Shown: positions 53,041-62,777 of the stretch, piece by piece
How positions within the stretch are numbered: position 1 is the first letter of the stretch
How the letters are laid out: each line of letters begins with the position of its first letter
Assembly: GCA_965203485.1 (NCBI GenBank)
Contig: OZ241892.1
Span: 2,464,001-2,528,000 of the forward strand
DNA: 64,000 nt
Direction of reading: 5' to 3'
Source of the DNA: Longimicrobiales bacterium
Lineage (GTDB): Bacteria > Gemmatimonadota > Gemmatimonadetes > Longimicrobiales > Gaopeijiaceae
The notes under the pieces: generated by a model
Database searches by the model: none
The model's input: only the letters and a program-made list of their open reading frames with translations
Told to the model about the DNA's origin: nothing
Translations under genes and position numbers: made by a program

Positions 53041-55647
53041 ATGCCACGCGCCGCTACCCTCAACGACACGCCGCTGATGCGGCAATGGCGCGAAGTCAAG
53101 GCGCGCCACAGAGATGCGCTGGTCCTTTTCCGGGTGGGCGACTTCTACGAGCTCTTCTTCGGAGACGCGGAGGAAGGGGCCAAGCTGCTGGGGCTGACCC
53201 TCACCTCGCGCAACAACGGCGGCGCGGGGCGCGTTCCCCTCGCCGGCGTGCCGGCAAAGGCGCTCGACGAGTACTTGGCGCGGCTCGTGCGCCTGGGCAA
53301 GCGCGTGGCCGTCTGCGAGCAGATGGAGGACCCGGCTCAGGCGAGGGGCTTGGTGAGGCGCGAAGTCGTGGAGACCGTCACGCCGGGCACCGTCGTGTCG
53401 GGCGCGCTCCTCGACGCGAAGCGCAACAACTTCGTGGTCGCGCTGGCGCCCGGCCGCGGCGCCGCCGGAATCGCCGCGCTCGACGTCTCGACGGGCGAGA
53501 TGGAGCTGCTGGAGGTGGCCGAAGGCGATCTCGTCGGCGAACTCGACCGCATCGAGCCCAAGGAGCTGCTGCTCCCGGAGTCGGCGGACCAGCTCCTTGC
53601 CGAGGAAGACTGCGCGGGCGCCGTGCTCACGGTGCGGCCGGACTGGGCGTTCGACTCGGAGACGGCCCGCGACGAGCTGGTCCGCCGCTACGGCGTGCAG
53701 TCGCTGGACGGCTTCGGCTTCCAAGCCGGCGACGAAGCGCTGGTTCGGGCCGCCGGCGCGCTGGTCGCCTACGTCGAAGAGGTCCGCCCCGGCTCGGCCA
53801 AGCACTTGCAGGCGCCGAGGATCCAGCGCTCCGGCACCGTGATGACCCTGGACTCCATGACCCGCCGCAACCTGGAACTCGTGGAGCCGCTGCGCCCCTA
53901 CGACGGCGACGAGTGCCTGCTCTCGGTGGTCGACGCCACGGTCACTCCCATGGGCGGACGCCTGCTTCGGGCCTGGCTGCTTCGGCCGCTGCTCGATCCG
54001 GACAAGATACGGAGGCGTCATGCGGCGGTCGCCGAACTCCACGAGTCCACCGAGGCCCGCGAGGGGCTGCGTTCCTGCCTCTCCGGCATCCGCGACCTGG
54101 ACCGGCTCTGCGCCAGGCTCGATTCGGCGCGGGCGGCGCCCAGGGAAGTTCTCGGCCTGGGCCAGTCGCTGCGCCGCCTTCCCGGCCTGCTCGAAGCAGG
54201 CGGCCGACTGGAGAGCCCCGCGGTGGCCCAGCTCGTCGATGCCTTGGACCCGTTGGAGGACTTGGCCGCGCTGGTCGAGCAAGCCATCTCCGAGGACGCC
54301 CCTGCCGCGCTGACCGACGGCGGCGTGATCCGCCGGGGATTCGACGACGATCTGGACGCGCTCCGGGCCGCCTGCGACGGCGCGCGCGACTTCCTCGCCA
54401 CCCTGCAGACGCAGGAGCGCGAGAGAACCGGCATCGCGTCGCTCAAGATCGGCTACAACAAGGTGTTCGGCTACTTCCTCGAAGTCACCAAGCCGAACCT
54501 GGGCCGCGTACCCGACCGCTATGCGCGCAGGCAGACGCTCACCAACGCCGAACGCTTCGTCACGCCCGAACTCAAGGAGTGGGAAGAGAAGGTCTTCGGA
54601 GCGCAGGAAGACATCGCCCGCATCGAAAAGGCCCTTTTCACGCGCGTGCGCGAGCAACTGTCGGCGGCGGTGTCGCGCATCCGCGCCACGAGCCGGGCGG
54701 TGGCCGCGCTCGACGTGCTGGCGGCCCTCGCCGACGTGGCCCGGCGCCGCTCCTACGTGCGGCCGGAGATCACCACGGACTTCGAGCTGGACGTGGAGGC
54801 GGGGCGCCATCCGGTCGTCGAGACGATGGTTCGCGAGAACTTCGTCCCCAACGACATTCGGTTGGACGAGACGGCCCGGATCGCAGTGCTGACGGGGCCC
54901 AACATGGCGGGCAAGAGCACCGTGCTTCGCCAAGTCGGTCTGATCCAAGTGATGGCGCAGACCGGTTCGTTCGTGCCCGCCGGCCGCGCGCGGCTCGGCC
55001 TGTGCGACCGCGTGTTCACGCGCGTCGGCGCGTCCGACAACCTCGTCAGGGGCCAGTCCACGTTCATGGTCGAGATGAACGAGACGGCGGCCATCGTGCA
55101 CGGCGCCACGGCCCGCAGCTTGGTGCTGCTCGACGAGATCGGCCGCGGGACGTCCACCTACGACGGCGTTTCCATCGCTTGGGCGGTGACCGAGCACCTT
55201 CACGACCACGTGCGGGCCAAGGGGATATTCGCCACGCACTACCACGAACTCACGCAGCTGGCCGACCTGCTTCCCGCCGTGAAGAACTTGAACGTGGCCG
55301 TGCGCGAGTCGGGCGACCGAATCCTCTTCCTGCGCCGCCTGGAACCGGGCGGCGCGGACCGCTCGTACGGCATCCAGGTGGCCCGCTTGGCCGGATTTCC
55401 GGCGCAGCTCATCGAACGCGCGAGGGACCTGCTGGCCGAGCTGGAGGGTGCGCGGACGGGAGCGGGCGAAGGACTGGGCCGGGGATCGGGGGCGCCGGAG
55501 TCGCGGGCCGGCCGGGATCAGCTTTCGCTGTTCGTCAGCGAGCATCCCGCGCTGGCCAAGCTGCGCGCGCTGAACCCGGACGAGACGACCCCGCTGGCCG
55601 CGCTGGAACTGCTCCACGCCCTGCGCCGCGAAGTGGTCGGGGGCTGA
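53041..55647 (+). CDS. mutS: DNA mismatch repair protein MutS
   Basis: TPLMRQW, GDFYELF, TGPNMAGKST, STFMVEM, DEIGRGTS, ATHYHEL, SYGIQVA. Confidence 0.97.
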   Translation: MPRAATLNDTPLMRQWREVKARHRDALVLFRVGDFYELFFGDAEEGAKLLGLTLTSRNNGGAGRVPLAGVPAKALDEYLARLVRLGKRVAVCEQMEDPAQARGLVRREVVETVTPGTVVSGALLDAKRNNFVVALAPGRGAAGIAALDVSTGEMELLEVAEGDLVGELDRIEPKELLLPESADQLLAEEDCAGAVLTVRPDWAFDSETARDELVRRYGVQSLDGFGFQAGDEALVRAAGALVAYVEEVRPGSAKHLQAPRIQRSGTVMTLDSMTRRNLELVEPLRPYDGDECLLSVVDATVTPMGGRLLRAWLLRPLLDPDKIRRRHAAVAELHESTEAREGLRSCLSGIRDLDRLCARLDSARAAPREVLGLGQSLRRLPGLLEAGGRLESPAVAQLVDALDPLEDLAALVEQAISEDAPAALTDGGVIRRGFDDDLDALRAACDGARDFLATLQTQERERTGIASLKIGYNKVFGYFLEVTKPNLGRVPDRYARRQTLTNAERFVTPELKEWEEKVFGAQEDIARIEKALFTRVREQLSAAVSRIRATSRAVAALDVLAALADVARRRSYVRPEITTDFELDVEAGRHPVVETMVRENFVPNDIRLDETARIAVLTGPNMAGKSTVLRQVGLIQVMAQTGSFVPAGRARLGLCDRVFTRVGASDNLVRGQSTFMVEMNETAAIVHGATARSLVLLDEIGRGTSTYDGVSIAWAVTEHLHDHVRAKGIFATHYHELTQLADLLPAVKNLNVAVRESGDRILFLRRLEPGGADRSYGIQVARLAGFPAQLIERARDLLAELEGARTGAGEGLGRGSGAPESRAGRDQLSLFVSEHPALAKLRALNPDETTPLAALELLHALRREVVGG

Positions 55648-55687
55648 GCGCGGGACCGGGGCCGGGAGCCGGACTTATGATTCAGGG

Positions 55688-56146
55688 ATGAGCGGACTCG
55701 CGGGTGGACTGGGCGGCAGGCTGGCGGCGGCTTGGCTGGCGGCCGGCGGGACCTCCGTTCTGGCGGGTTGCGCGAGCGAGAAGATCGACCCGCCTGTGCC
55801 CCTGGACGCGGAGAGTTCGGTCGAGCATCCCAGCGAACTCGCCGCCGCGGGCGTCGGCGGGACCACTCGGTTGCGGCTCCTGATCGACGAGGCAGGGTCC
55901 GTCGACAGCGTCGAAGTAGCCGAGAGCAGCGGTCATCCGGGCCTCGACTCGGCGGCCGTGGACGGCGCCCGGCGCATGGAGTTCGAGCCCGCGTCGAGAG
56001 CCGGCGAGCCGGTGCGCGCCTGGGTGGACGCGCCCGTGCGCTTCCGGCCCGGCGGAGCCAGCGTCGATCCTGCCGGTTCCGCCGATTCCGCCGGGCCGCC
56101 CCGGGATTCCGCCGCCGGTCCGCCGGTCCGCGAGAGCAGCCGGTGA
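55688..56146 (+). CDS. TonB C-terminal domain protein
   Basis: GSVDSVEVAESSGHPGLDSAA..FEPA..PVRF; LAGC lipobox. Confidence 0.75.
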   Translation: MSGLAGGLGGRLAAAWLAAGGTSVLAGCASEKIDPPVPLDAESSVEHPSELAAAGVGGTTRLRLLIDEAGSVDSVEVAESSGHPGLDSAAVDGARRMEFEPASRAGEPVRAWVDAPVRFRPGGASVDPAGSADSAGPPRDSAAGPPVRESSR

Positions 56147-57555
56147 GCGCACCGGACGGGAGGACCCGCGAACCCCGTCATCGCCGACCCTACGGCAACG
56201 TGCTGGAGATGGTGGGCTGGACGCCGCTCGTCCGCCTCCGCCGCGTCGCCCAGGACGTTCGCGCGCCCGTGTACGGCAAGGCCGAGTTCATGAACCCGGG
56301 AGGCTCGGTGAAGGACCGCATCGGCGCGGCGATGATCGAGGCCGCCGAAGAGGCCGGCCTGCTTCGCCCCGGAGGGGTCATCGTCGAAGCCACCTCCGGC
56401 AACACCGGCATGGCGCTGGCGATGGCCGCGTCGATCAAGGGCTACAAGTGCGTCTTCACGCTGCCCGACAAGATGAGCATCGAGAAGGTCAAGCTGCTTC
56501 GCGCCTTCGGGGCCGAGGTCGTCGTCACCCCGACCGCCGTCCCCCCCGATCACCCCGATCACTACGCGAACCGCGCCAAGACCATCGCCGAGGCCACGCC
56601 CAACGCGTTCCTCGCCGACCAGTTCTACAACCTCACCAACCCCGAGGCCCACTACCGCACGACCGGACCGGAGGTATGGGAGCAGACCGGCGGCGCCGTC
56701 ACCCACTTCTTCGCGGGCGCAGGAACCGGCGGCACCATTTCGGGCGTCGGCAAGTACCTCAAGGAGCAGAACCCGGCGGTGCGCGTGACGGGCGTCGATC
56801 CCGCGGGTTCGGTCATATCCGGCTTCCACGCCACCGGCGAGGTCGGGCCGTCGGAGCCGTACAAGGTCGAAGGTCTGGGCAACGACAAGATTCCCGGCGC
56901 GCTCGACCTGCGCTACGTGGACGACTACGTGACGGTGGGCGACGGCGCGGCCTTCCGCATGGCGCGCCTGCTCGCCACCGAGGAAGGGCTGTTCGTGGGC
57001 GGGTCGAGCGGCCTGATCGTGCACGCGGCCCTGGAGGCGGCCCGCCGGATCGACGACCCGGACGCCTGCGTGGTGGCCGTGCTGTGCGACTGGGGCGAGC
57101 GCTACCTCACCAAGCAGTTCGACGACGAGTGGATGCGCAACAACGGCTTTCTGGAGCCGGGCCGCTCCACAGTGGCGGACATGCTCGCGTCCAAGCTGGA
57201 GCGCTTGCCGGGACTGGTCTCCACGCCCCCGTCCGCGTCCGTGCGCGCGGCCGTGTCCACCATGTCGGGCCACAACGTGTCGCAGCTTCCCGTCGTGTTG
57301 GGCGACAACTGCGTGGGCAGCGTGAGCGAGAGCAGCCTGATGATGCACGTGCTGGATGACCAGTCCGTGCTGGACCAGTCCCTCGAGTCCGTCATGGCCG
57401 AGCCTTATCCGGTGCTGGACGAGGCCGTCGATTCGCGCGAGGCGAAGCGGCTGTTGACGGGCGGTGCGCACGCGGTGCTGGTCCGGTCGAACGGCAAGCT
57501 GGACGGCATCCTGACCCGCTACGACCTGGTGCGGCTGTTGGCGGCGGTGCCTTGA
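56143..57555 (+). CDS. Cystathionine beta-synthase / cysteine synthase with CBS domains
   Basis: NPGGSVKDR, ATSGNTG, GTGGTISG, C-terminal CBS pair. Confidence 0.9.
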   Translation: MSAPDGRTREPRHRRPYGNVLEMVGWTPLVRLRRVAQDVRAPVYGKAEFMNPGGSVKDRIGAAMIEAAEEAGLLRPGGVIVEATSGNTGMALAMAASIKGYKCVFTLPDKMSIEKVKLLRAFGAEVVVTPTAVPPDHPDHYANRAKTIAEATPNAFLADQFYNLTNPEAHYRTTGPEVWEQTGGAVTHFFAGAGTGGTISGVGKYLKEQNPAVRVTGVDPAGSVISGFHATGEVGPSEPYKVEGLGNDKIPGALDLRYVDDYVTVGDGAAFRMARLLATEEGLFVGGSSGLIVHAALEAARRIDDPDACVVAVLCDWGERYLTKQFDDEWMRNNGFLEPGRSTVADMLASKLERLPGLVSTPPSASVRAAVSTMSGHNVSQLPVVLGDNCVGSVSESSLMMHVLDDQSVLDQSLESVMAEPYPVLDEAVDSREAKRLLTGGAHAVLVRSNGKLDGILTRYDLVRLLAAVP

Positions 57556-57646
57556 ACGGCGAGCGGAGAGGTCTGCGCCGGGAACCGCAACGGGAACGCG
57601 GCGCCGGCGCTCGCCGTGCCTTGAACGGCGGCGGGAGGGACCGGCG

Positions 57647-58651
57647 TTGCGAATCGCAGTATTGATGGGCGGCGCGTCCGAGGAGCGCGGCGTGTCGCTG
57701 GCGAGCGGTTGCCAAGTGGCCGCGGCGTTGCGAGAGGCCGGCCACGACGTCTCGTGCGTGGATCCTGTGGCGGGCGTCGTGTCCAAGGAGGACGAGGTCC
57801 GCATCCTGGAAGCGGGGATTTCGGACCCCGACGCCTCCCCAGGGACCTGGGCGCCGGGCGCCGTCGCGGCAGGCTTGCGCGCGGCGAACGGCGTGCTGCG
57901 GGACGCCGACGTGGCCTTTCTCGCGCTTCACGGCGGGGCGGGCGAGGACGGCACCGTGCAGGCGGTGCTGCAGGCGTCCGGGATTCCCTACGCCGGCAGC
58001 GGCCCGGCGGCGTGCGCGCTCGCCATGGACAAGGACCTGTCGAAGCGGTTGCTTCGGGACGCGGGCGTCGCGACCCCGGACTGGATGGTGGGCGCGGGGT
58101 TGGGCGAGGAGGCGGCGCGGAGGCTGGGCCTGCCGCTGGTGGTCAAGCCGGTGGCGGGGGGCTCTTCGGTCCGCTTGGCGGTGGTCTCGTCCGTCGGCGA
58201 GGCGGAGGCGGCCGCCGAGCGGGCGGCGGGGCCGAACGGCGAGGCGATGTACGAGAGCCACGTGAAGGGCCGCGAGTTCACGGTGGGCATCCTGGAGGAG
58301 GCGGCGCTGCCCGTCGTCGAGATCGAGCCTGCGCGCGACTTCTTCGACTTTCGATGCAAGTACGAGCCGGGCATGGCCGTCGAGACGGCTCCCGCGCGCA
58401 TCTCCCGGGAGCTGACGGCCCGGCTTCAGTCGGTCGCGTTGCGCGTGCACCGGGCGCTGCGGCTCCGGCATTTCTCGCGAGTCGACTTCCTAGTCGACGC
58501 AACCGGGCGACCCTGGTGCCTGGAGGCCAACGCCCTGCCCGGGCTCACCGGCAACAGCCTCCTGCCCAAGGCCGCGCGAGCCGCGGGGATTGATTTTCCG
58601 GCCCTGTGCGACAGAATATCCAGGGCGGGAATGCACGCCGGCCTCCGATAG
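57647..58651 (+). CDS. ddl: D-alanine--D-alanine ligase
   Basis: GGASEERGVSLASG, LHGGAGEDG, MDKDLSK, EANALPG. Confidence 0.93.
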   Translation: MRIAVLMGGASEERGVSLASGCQVAAALREAGHDVSCVDPVAGVVSKEDEVRILEAGISDPDASPGTWAPGAVAAGLRAANGVLRDADVAFLALHGGAGEDGTVQAVLQASGIPYAGSGPAACALAMDKDLSKRLLRDAGVATPDWMVGAGLGEEAARRLGLPLVVKPVAGGSSVRLAVVSSVGEAEAAAERAAGPNGEAMYESHVKGREFTVGILEEAALPVVEIEPARDFFDFRCKYEPGMAVETAPARISRELTARLQSVALRVHRALRLRHFSRVDFLVDATGRPWCLEANALPGLTGNSLLPKAARAAGIDFPALCDRISRAGMHAGLR

Positions 58652-58678
58652 CGACAGTTCCAAAGGGGAAACCGCTCC

Positions 58679-59851
58679 ATGCGATACACCAGCGGCCCGT
58701 CGTTCGGCGCAGCGACCGGCGGCCTTCGAGCGACGCCGTGGGTCAAGCGCCTGCTCATGGCCAACGCCGCCGTCTTCCTCGTCACTGCCGTGGCCGGAAT
58801 CGAGCGGATGGCCGATCTCTTCGCGTTCTCGCCCAGCCGCCTCCTGGAGCGTCCCTGGGGGATGCTCACCTACATGTTCGTGCACGCAGGCCTTTGGCAC
58901 TTGCTCATGAACATGCTGGTGATCTTCTTCTTCGGCCCGCCCCTGGAGCGCCGCTGGGGCTCGGACTTCTTCGTCAAGTTCTACTTGGTATGCGGCCTGG
59001 GCGGCGTGGCCATGAGCTTCATCTTCGCCGATGCATCGATCGTGGGCGCGTCCGCCGCCTGCTACGGCATCATGCTGGCCTTCGCGATGACTTGGCCCGA
59101 CGCTCCCATTCACGTCTGGGGCGTAGTGCCCGTGCGAGCCAAGTGGGTCGTCGGCTTCCTAGCGGCGCTGACCCTCGCGAGCGCCCTCGGGCCTGGCCGC
59201 GACGGAATCGCGCATCTGGCCCACTTGGGGGGCGTCGTCACCGGCTTCCTGCTCGTCAAGAGCGGCTGGGCGCCGGTGCGTTGGGCAGACGTGGGCGGCG
59301 ATCGCTCGGGTAGAACGTCGCACGCGCGCGGCAGGAGTTCCGGAACGAGCGGGAACGACGCACCGGGTTGGCGCGGACGCCCGCCGCCCCAGGGCCGCTT
59401 CCGCTTCGGCTCCGACCAGGGGGACGACGATTCCGGCCTGCGCGCCCGCTACGACGCTTTCACGTTGCGGGTCGCATCCTGGATGGCGCGGATGAGGTCC
59501 GGGGAGCGGGCCGCGACCGAGCGGCCCCCGAAGACCGGCCGTCCGGGCGGGCGCGCTGGAGCCGCAACGAGGCCAAGCGAGCCGCGGCGCGGACAAGCCC
59601 GCCAAGGCCCCAATCGCGGCCAAGTCCGCAACAACCGAACGATACGCGTTCATTCGCGCCGACCGCAGACGCGCGCGATTCCAATGCCCCCCGTTCGCAA
59701 TACGCGCCGCCTGACGGCTGCCGAGGAGCGGGCCGAGCTGGATGCTCTGGACGCCGTGCTCGACAAGATCTCAGCGAGCGGCATGGGTTCCCTCACCGAA
59801 TCGGAGAGGGCGTTGCTGGATCGGGTTTCGCGCCGAGAGAAGACGAATTGA
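58679..59851 (+). CDS. Rhomboid intramembrane serine protease with DUF6576-like tail
   Basis: HLLMNM, GASAA, AHLAHLGG; tail LDAVLDKISASGMGSLTESE. Confidence 0.9.
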   Translation: MRYTSGPSFGAATGGLRATPWVKRLLMANAAVFLVTAVAGIERMADLFAFSPSRLLERPWGMLTYMFVHAGLWHLLMNMLVIFFFGPPLERRWGSDFFVKFYLVCGLGGVAMSFIFADASIVGASAACYGIMLAFAMTWPDAPIHVWGVVPVRAKWVVGFLAALTLASALGPGRDGIAHLAHLGGVVTGFLLVKSGWAPVRWADVGGDRSGRTSHARGRSSGTSGNDAPGWRGRPPPQGRFRFGSDQGDDDSGLRARYDAFTLRVASWMARMRSGERAATERPPKTGRPGGRAGAATRPSEPRRGQARQGPNRGQVRNNRTIRVHSRRPQTRAIPMPPVRNTRRLTAAEERAELDALDAVLDKISASGMGSLTESERALLDRVSRREKTN

Positions 59852-60564
59852 ATCCAGGCCACGCCTCGACGGCAGGCTGGCCGCCCCGCGCATACGTGCG
59901 CCGTATCTGTGGCCGGCTCGCGCTCCAGCTTCCTTTCTTGTTCCCTTTGATTCGCTACGAGAGTTTTCTTAAGAAGAATTGGTCGGCGGGAATGCGAGAT
60001 CTGAGAGAGCTGGCCGATCGAACAGCATCGGTTCCCGGCGTGATCATCGAATGCGGATCGGCTCATTGCGGGTCCGCGATCTACCTGGCGAAGCACCTGA
60101 AGAAGCGAGGCCGCGCTCGTCAACTGTTCGCCTTGGACAGCTATGCCGGCTTTCGGAGGGACGAGCTGGCCCGCGAACGGGCCAACGGAGGTGGGAACAT
60201 CCATGCCTCCGCCTTTGCGGACGCAAGCTTCGAGTATGTTGTCGCCAAACTGCGCAAGCTGAAATTGACGGACAGGATTCGTCCCGTCCAAGGCTTCTTC
60301 CAGGACACCTTGGCGCCGCTTGTCGCCGAGGCGGGACAGGTGGCAATGGCTTTCATAGACTGCAACCTGGAAGAGAGCACGGCATTCTGCGCGGAAACGG
60401 TGTGGAGCCGAATTCCGTCCGGCGGCATTGTCGTGTTCGACGACTACGCGGATCCCGCTTGGGCCGGCGTCGCTAGGGCCGTAGACGCTTTCTTCTTGGA
60501 GCATCAATACGAGATTGCGGATCATGGAATCATGCGGCGGATGTACTATGTCAAGAAACGCTGA
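59848..60564 (+). CDS. TylF/MycF/NovP-family O-methyltransferase, copy 1
   Basis: PGVIIECG, LDSYAGF, GFFQDTL, IDCNL, GGIVVFDDY. Confidence 0.8.
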   Translation: MNPGHASTAGWPPRAYVRRICGRLALQLPFLFPLIRYESFLKKNWSAGMRDLRELADRTASVPGVIIECGSAHCGSAIYLAKHLKKRGRARQLFALDSYAGFRRDELARERANGGGNIHASAFADASFEYVVAKLRKLKLTDRIRPVQGFFQDTLAPLVAEAGQVAMAFIDCNLEESTAFCAETVWSRIPSGGIVVFDDYADPAWAGVARAVDAFFLEHQYEIADHGIMRRMYYVKKR

Positions 60565-60681
60565 ACTAGGCGGGGACGCTCTGAACGGCGTGCTGGAACA
60601 AGATCTCTGCGTGCAACATGGGATCCTTCACCGATTCCAAGCACGCGTTGCCGGGCCACCTGTCGCGCCGGGAAAGACGGA

Positions 60682-61365
60682 TTGAGCGCGGCCGCGGCCC
60701 CCCTATCGAGAAAGCGCCGGTTGCTGTTGCGGTTTCCCTTCTTGTATTCTTTGCCATCGGTTCGCTACGAAAGCAACTTGAAGGGCGTCGGCTTGCGAGA
60801 CATGTATGAACTGGCCGATCGCGTGACCTCGCTTCCCGGTGTGATCATCGAATGCGGATCGGCTCGCTGCGGATCCGCGATCTACCTGGCGAAGCACCTG
60901 AAAAAGCGAGGCCGCGCTCGTCAACTGTTCGCCTTGGACAGCTACGCCGGCTTTCGGAGGGACGAGCTGGCCCGCGAACGGGCCAAGGGACTTGCGAGCG
61001 TCCCCGACTGCACGTTCACCAACACGAGCTTCGAGTATGTTGTCGCCAAACTGCGCAAGCTGAACTTGACGGACAGGATTCGTCCCGTCCAAGGCTTCTT
61101 CCAGGACACCTTGGCGCCGCTTGTCGCCGAGGTGGGACAGGTGGCAATGGCCTTCATAGACTGCGACCTGGAAGAGAGCATGAGATTCTGCGCGGAAACG
61201 GTGTGGAGCCGAATTCCGTCCGGCGGCATTGTCGCGTTCGACGACTACGCCGAGCCGACCTTTCCAGGAAGCAAGCTGGCCATAGACGCCTTTGTTGCCG
61301 AGCGCCAACGCGAAATCGCGGATCATGGGCTCATGACCCGATTGTACTATGTGGAGAAGCGCTGA
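60682..61365 (+). CDS. TylF/MycF/NovP-family O-methyltransferase, copy 2
   Basis: Same motifs with IDCDL; tandem paralog. Confidence 0.8.
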   Translation: MSAAAAPLSRKRRLLLRFPFLYSLPSVRYESNLKGVGLRDMYELADRVTSLPGVIIECGSARCGSAIYLAKHLKKRGRARQLFALDSYAGFRRDELARERAKGLASVPDCTFTNTSFEYVVAKLRKLNLTDRIRPVQGFFQDTLAPLVAEVGQVAMAFIDCDLEESMRFCAETVWSRIPSGGIVAFDDYAEPTFPGSKLAIDAFVAERQREIADHGLMTRLYYVEKR

Positions 61366-61390
61366 ACGGCGCGGGCACGCGCCGGCCTCG

Positions 61391-62437
61391 ATGGCGTTGC
61401 CGGGCCGCGTGGGGCGCCGTCCGCTCTTGTCGGCGCCGCTTGGACCCCGCCGCCTTGCCCTGGCAACGCCGTTCGTGTTGCTCGCCGCCGCATGCGATTC
61501 GCCCGGCAACGCCGATGCCCGCCCGCCATCGTCCGATCCTTTCGGAGGCGTCCCCGCCGACGGGCCTCCGCCCGAAGTCGGTCCTCCTCCGCCCGGCTAC
61601 GTCCCCACGGCCGCAGGAGCGCCGTCCACCGACATCTGGATTGGCCGCCTGGAGCGGCCCGAAGGCCGCCGCTCGATCGCCGGCCTCCGAAACCTCACCG
61701 ACCGCGACGGCTACGACAACCAGCCTGCCTTCGCCCCGGACGGCGCGTCCCTCTACTTTGCGCGCGCCGTCGACGCCACGCAGACCGACGTGTTCCGCCA
61801 CGTCTTCGCCACCTCGGCCACCGAGCGCGTGACCCGCACGGAAACGGCCAGCGAGTTCTCGCCGACCTTCATCCCCGGCCAAGACGCGTTTTCCGCCATC
61901 CGGGAGCTGAACGGCCGCCAACACCTGTGGCGCTACGGCCCGGACGGCCAAGACCTGGGCGCCGTCTTCGCGACCGTCGAGCCCGTCGGCTATCACGCCT
62001 GGGCCGACGCGCGCACCGCCGTCCTGTTCGTGCTGGGCGAGCCCGCGTCCCTTTGGACGGCCGACGCCCTCGCCGGCGAAGCTCGCGCCGTCGCCGATCG
62101 CCCCGGCCGATCGCTCCACCGCATCCCGGGCACGCAGTCCGTCTCGTTCGTGCACAAGCCCCAGGACGCCCCGTGGCGAATCGAGCGGCTCGATCCGGCG
62201 ACGGGCGCCACGGAGGCGATCGCCGAGACCCTGCCCGGCCGCGAGGACTACGCCTGGACCCCGGACGGGAGCATCCTCATGGCCGACGGCGCCGTGCTGC
62301 ACCAGTGGACCCGCGCAAACGGGTGGGCGCCCCTGGCCGACCTGGCGGGCGACGGAGGCGGAGACATCTCGCGCATCGCCGTCGCACCGGACGGAACCCG
62401 ACTGGCCCTGACAAGGGAGCGGGCCCCCTCGCCTTGA
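61391..62437 (+). CDS. TolB-like/PD40 beta-propeller lipoprotein
   Basis: LAAAC lipobox; GYDNQPAFAPDG, SEFSPT, VGYHAW, SRIAVAPDG. Confidence 0.8.
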   Translation: MALPGRVGRRPLLSAPLGPRRLALATPFVLLAAACDSPGNADARPPSSDPFGGVPADGPPPEVGPPPPGYVPTAAGAPSTDIWIGRLERPEGRRSIAGLRNLTDRDGYDNQPAFAPDGASLYFARAVDATQTDVFRHVFATSATERVTRTETASEFSPTFIPGQDAFSAIRELNGRQHLWRYGPDGQDLGAVFATVEPVGYHAWADARTAVLFVLGEPASLWTADALAGEARAVADRPGRSLHRIPGTQSVSFVHKPQDAPWRIERLDPATGATEAIAETLPGREDYAWTPDGSILMADGAVLHQWTRANGWAPLADLAGDGGGDISRIAVAPDGTRLALTRERAPSP

Positions 62438-62723
62438 CGGGCGTCCGGCTGAAGGCCGATCCGCACTTGGAGCCCGCCGCGCGGCTCGTCTACGGCGGCG
62501 ACGGGCGACGCCACCAGCGCAATGGCGTCGAGGTGGTGCCGTGAGACGCGGTTCAAGAAGTGGAGTGGGCGTAGCCGCAGGATGTCGACTGCGCCGCGAC
62601 GGTTCCCGTTTGGAGCGGAGGCGCACGCTTGGCCGAAATCGGGCTCGCGCCCGTGGAGGCCGACATCGACGCGGAATCGCTCGGAGTAACGGCGGCCTCG
62701 CGTCCGAGTCGGTAATTGTCGCT

Positions 62724-62748
62724 ATATTTGCATTTGGAATGCCAATAT
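62724..62748. promoter_or_regulatory. AT-rich imperfect palindrome upstream of the ATPase gene
   Basis: ATATTTGCATT-TGG-AATGCCAATAT (10/11 arm match). Confidence 0.45.
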
Positions 62749-62777
62749 GCACGCCCTCCTTCGCCTTCCGACTCGTC

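Larger units (their letters stand above)
59740..61365 (+). repeat. ~0.8-kb tandem duplication (rhomboid 3' end + TylF)
   Basis: Units ~59740-60564 and ~60574-61365; the second begins with a degenerate copy of the rhomboid tail. Confidence 0.85.

Noticed and set aside
49578..55691. 2037-aa ORF and many other long Arg/Gly/Pro-rich ORFs (e.g. 11099..14875, 15315..18827, 52219..55617)
   Set aside because: Shadow frames of real genes in very high-GC DNA; low-complexity translation with no motifs.
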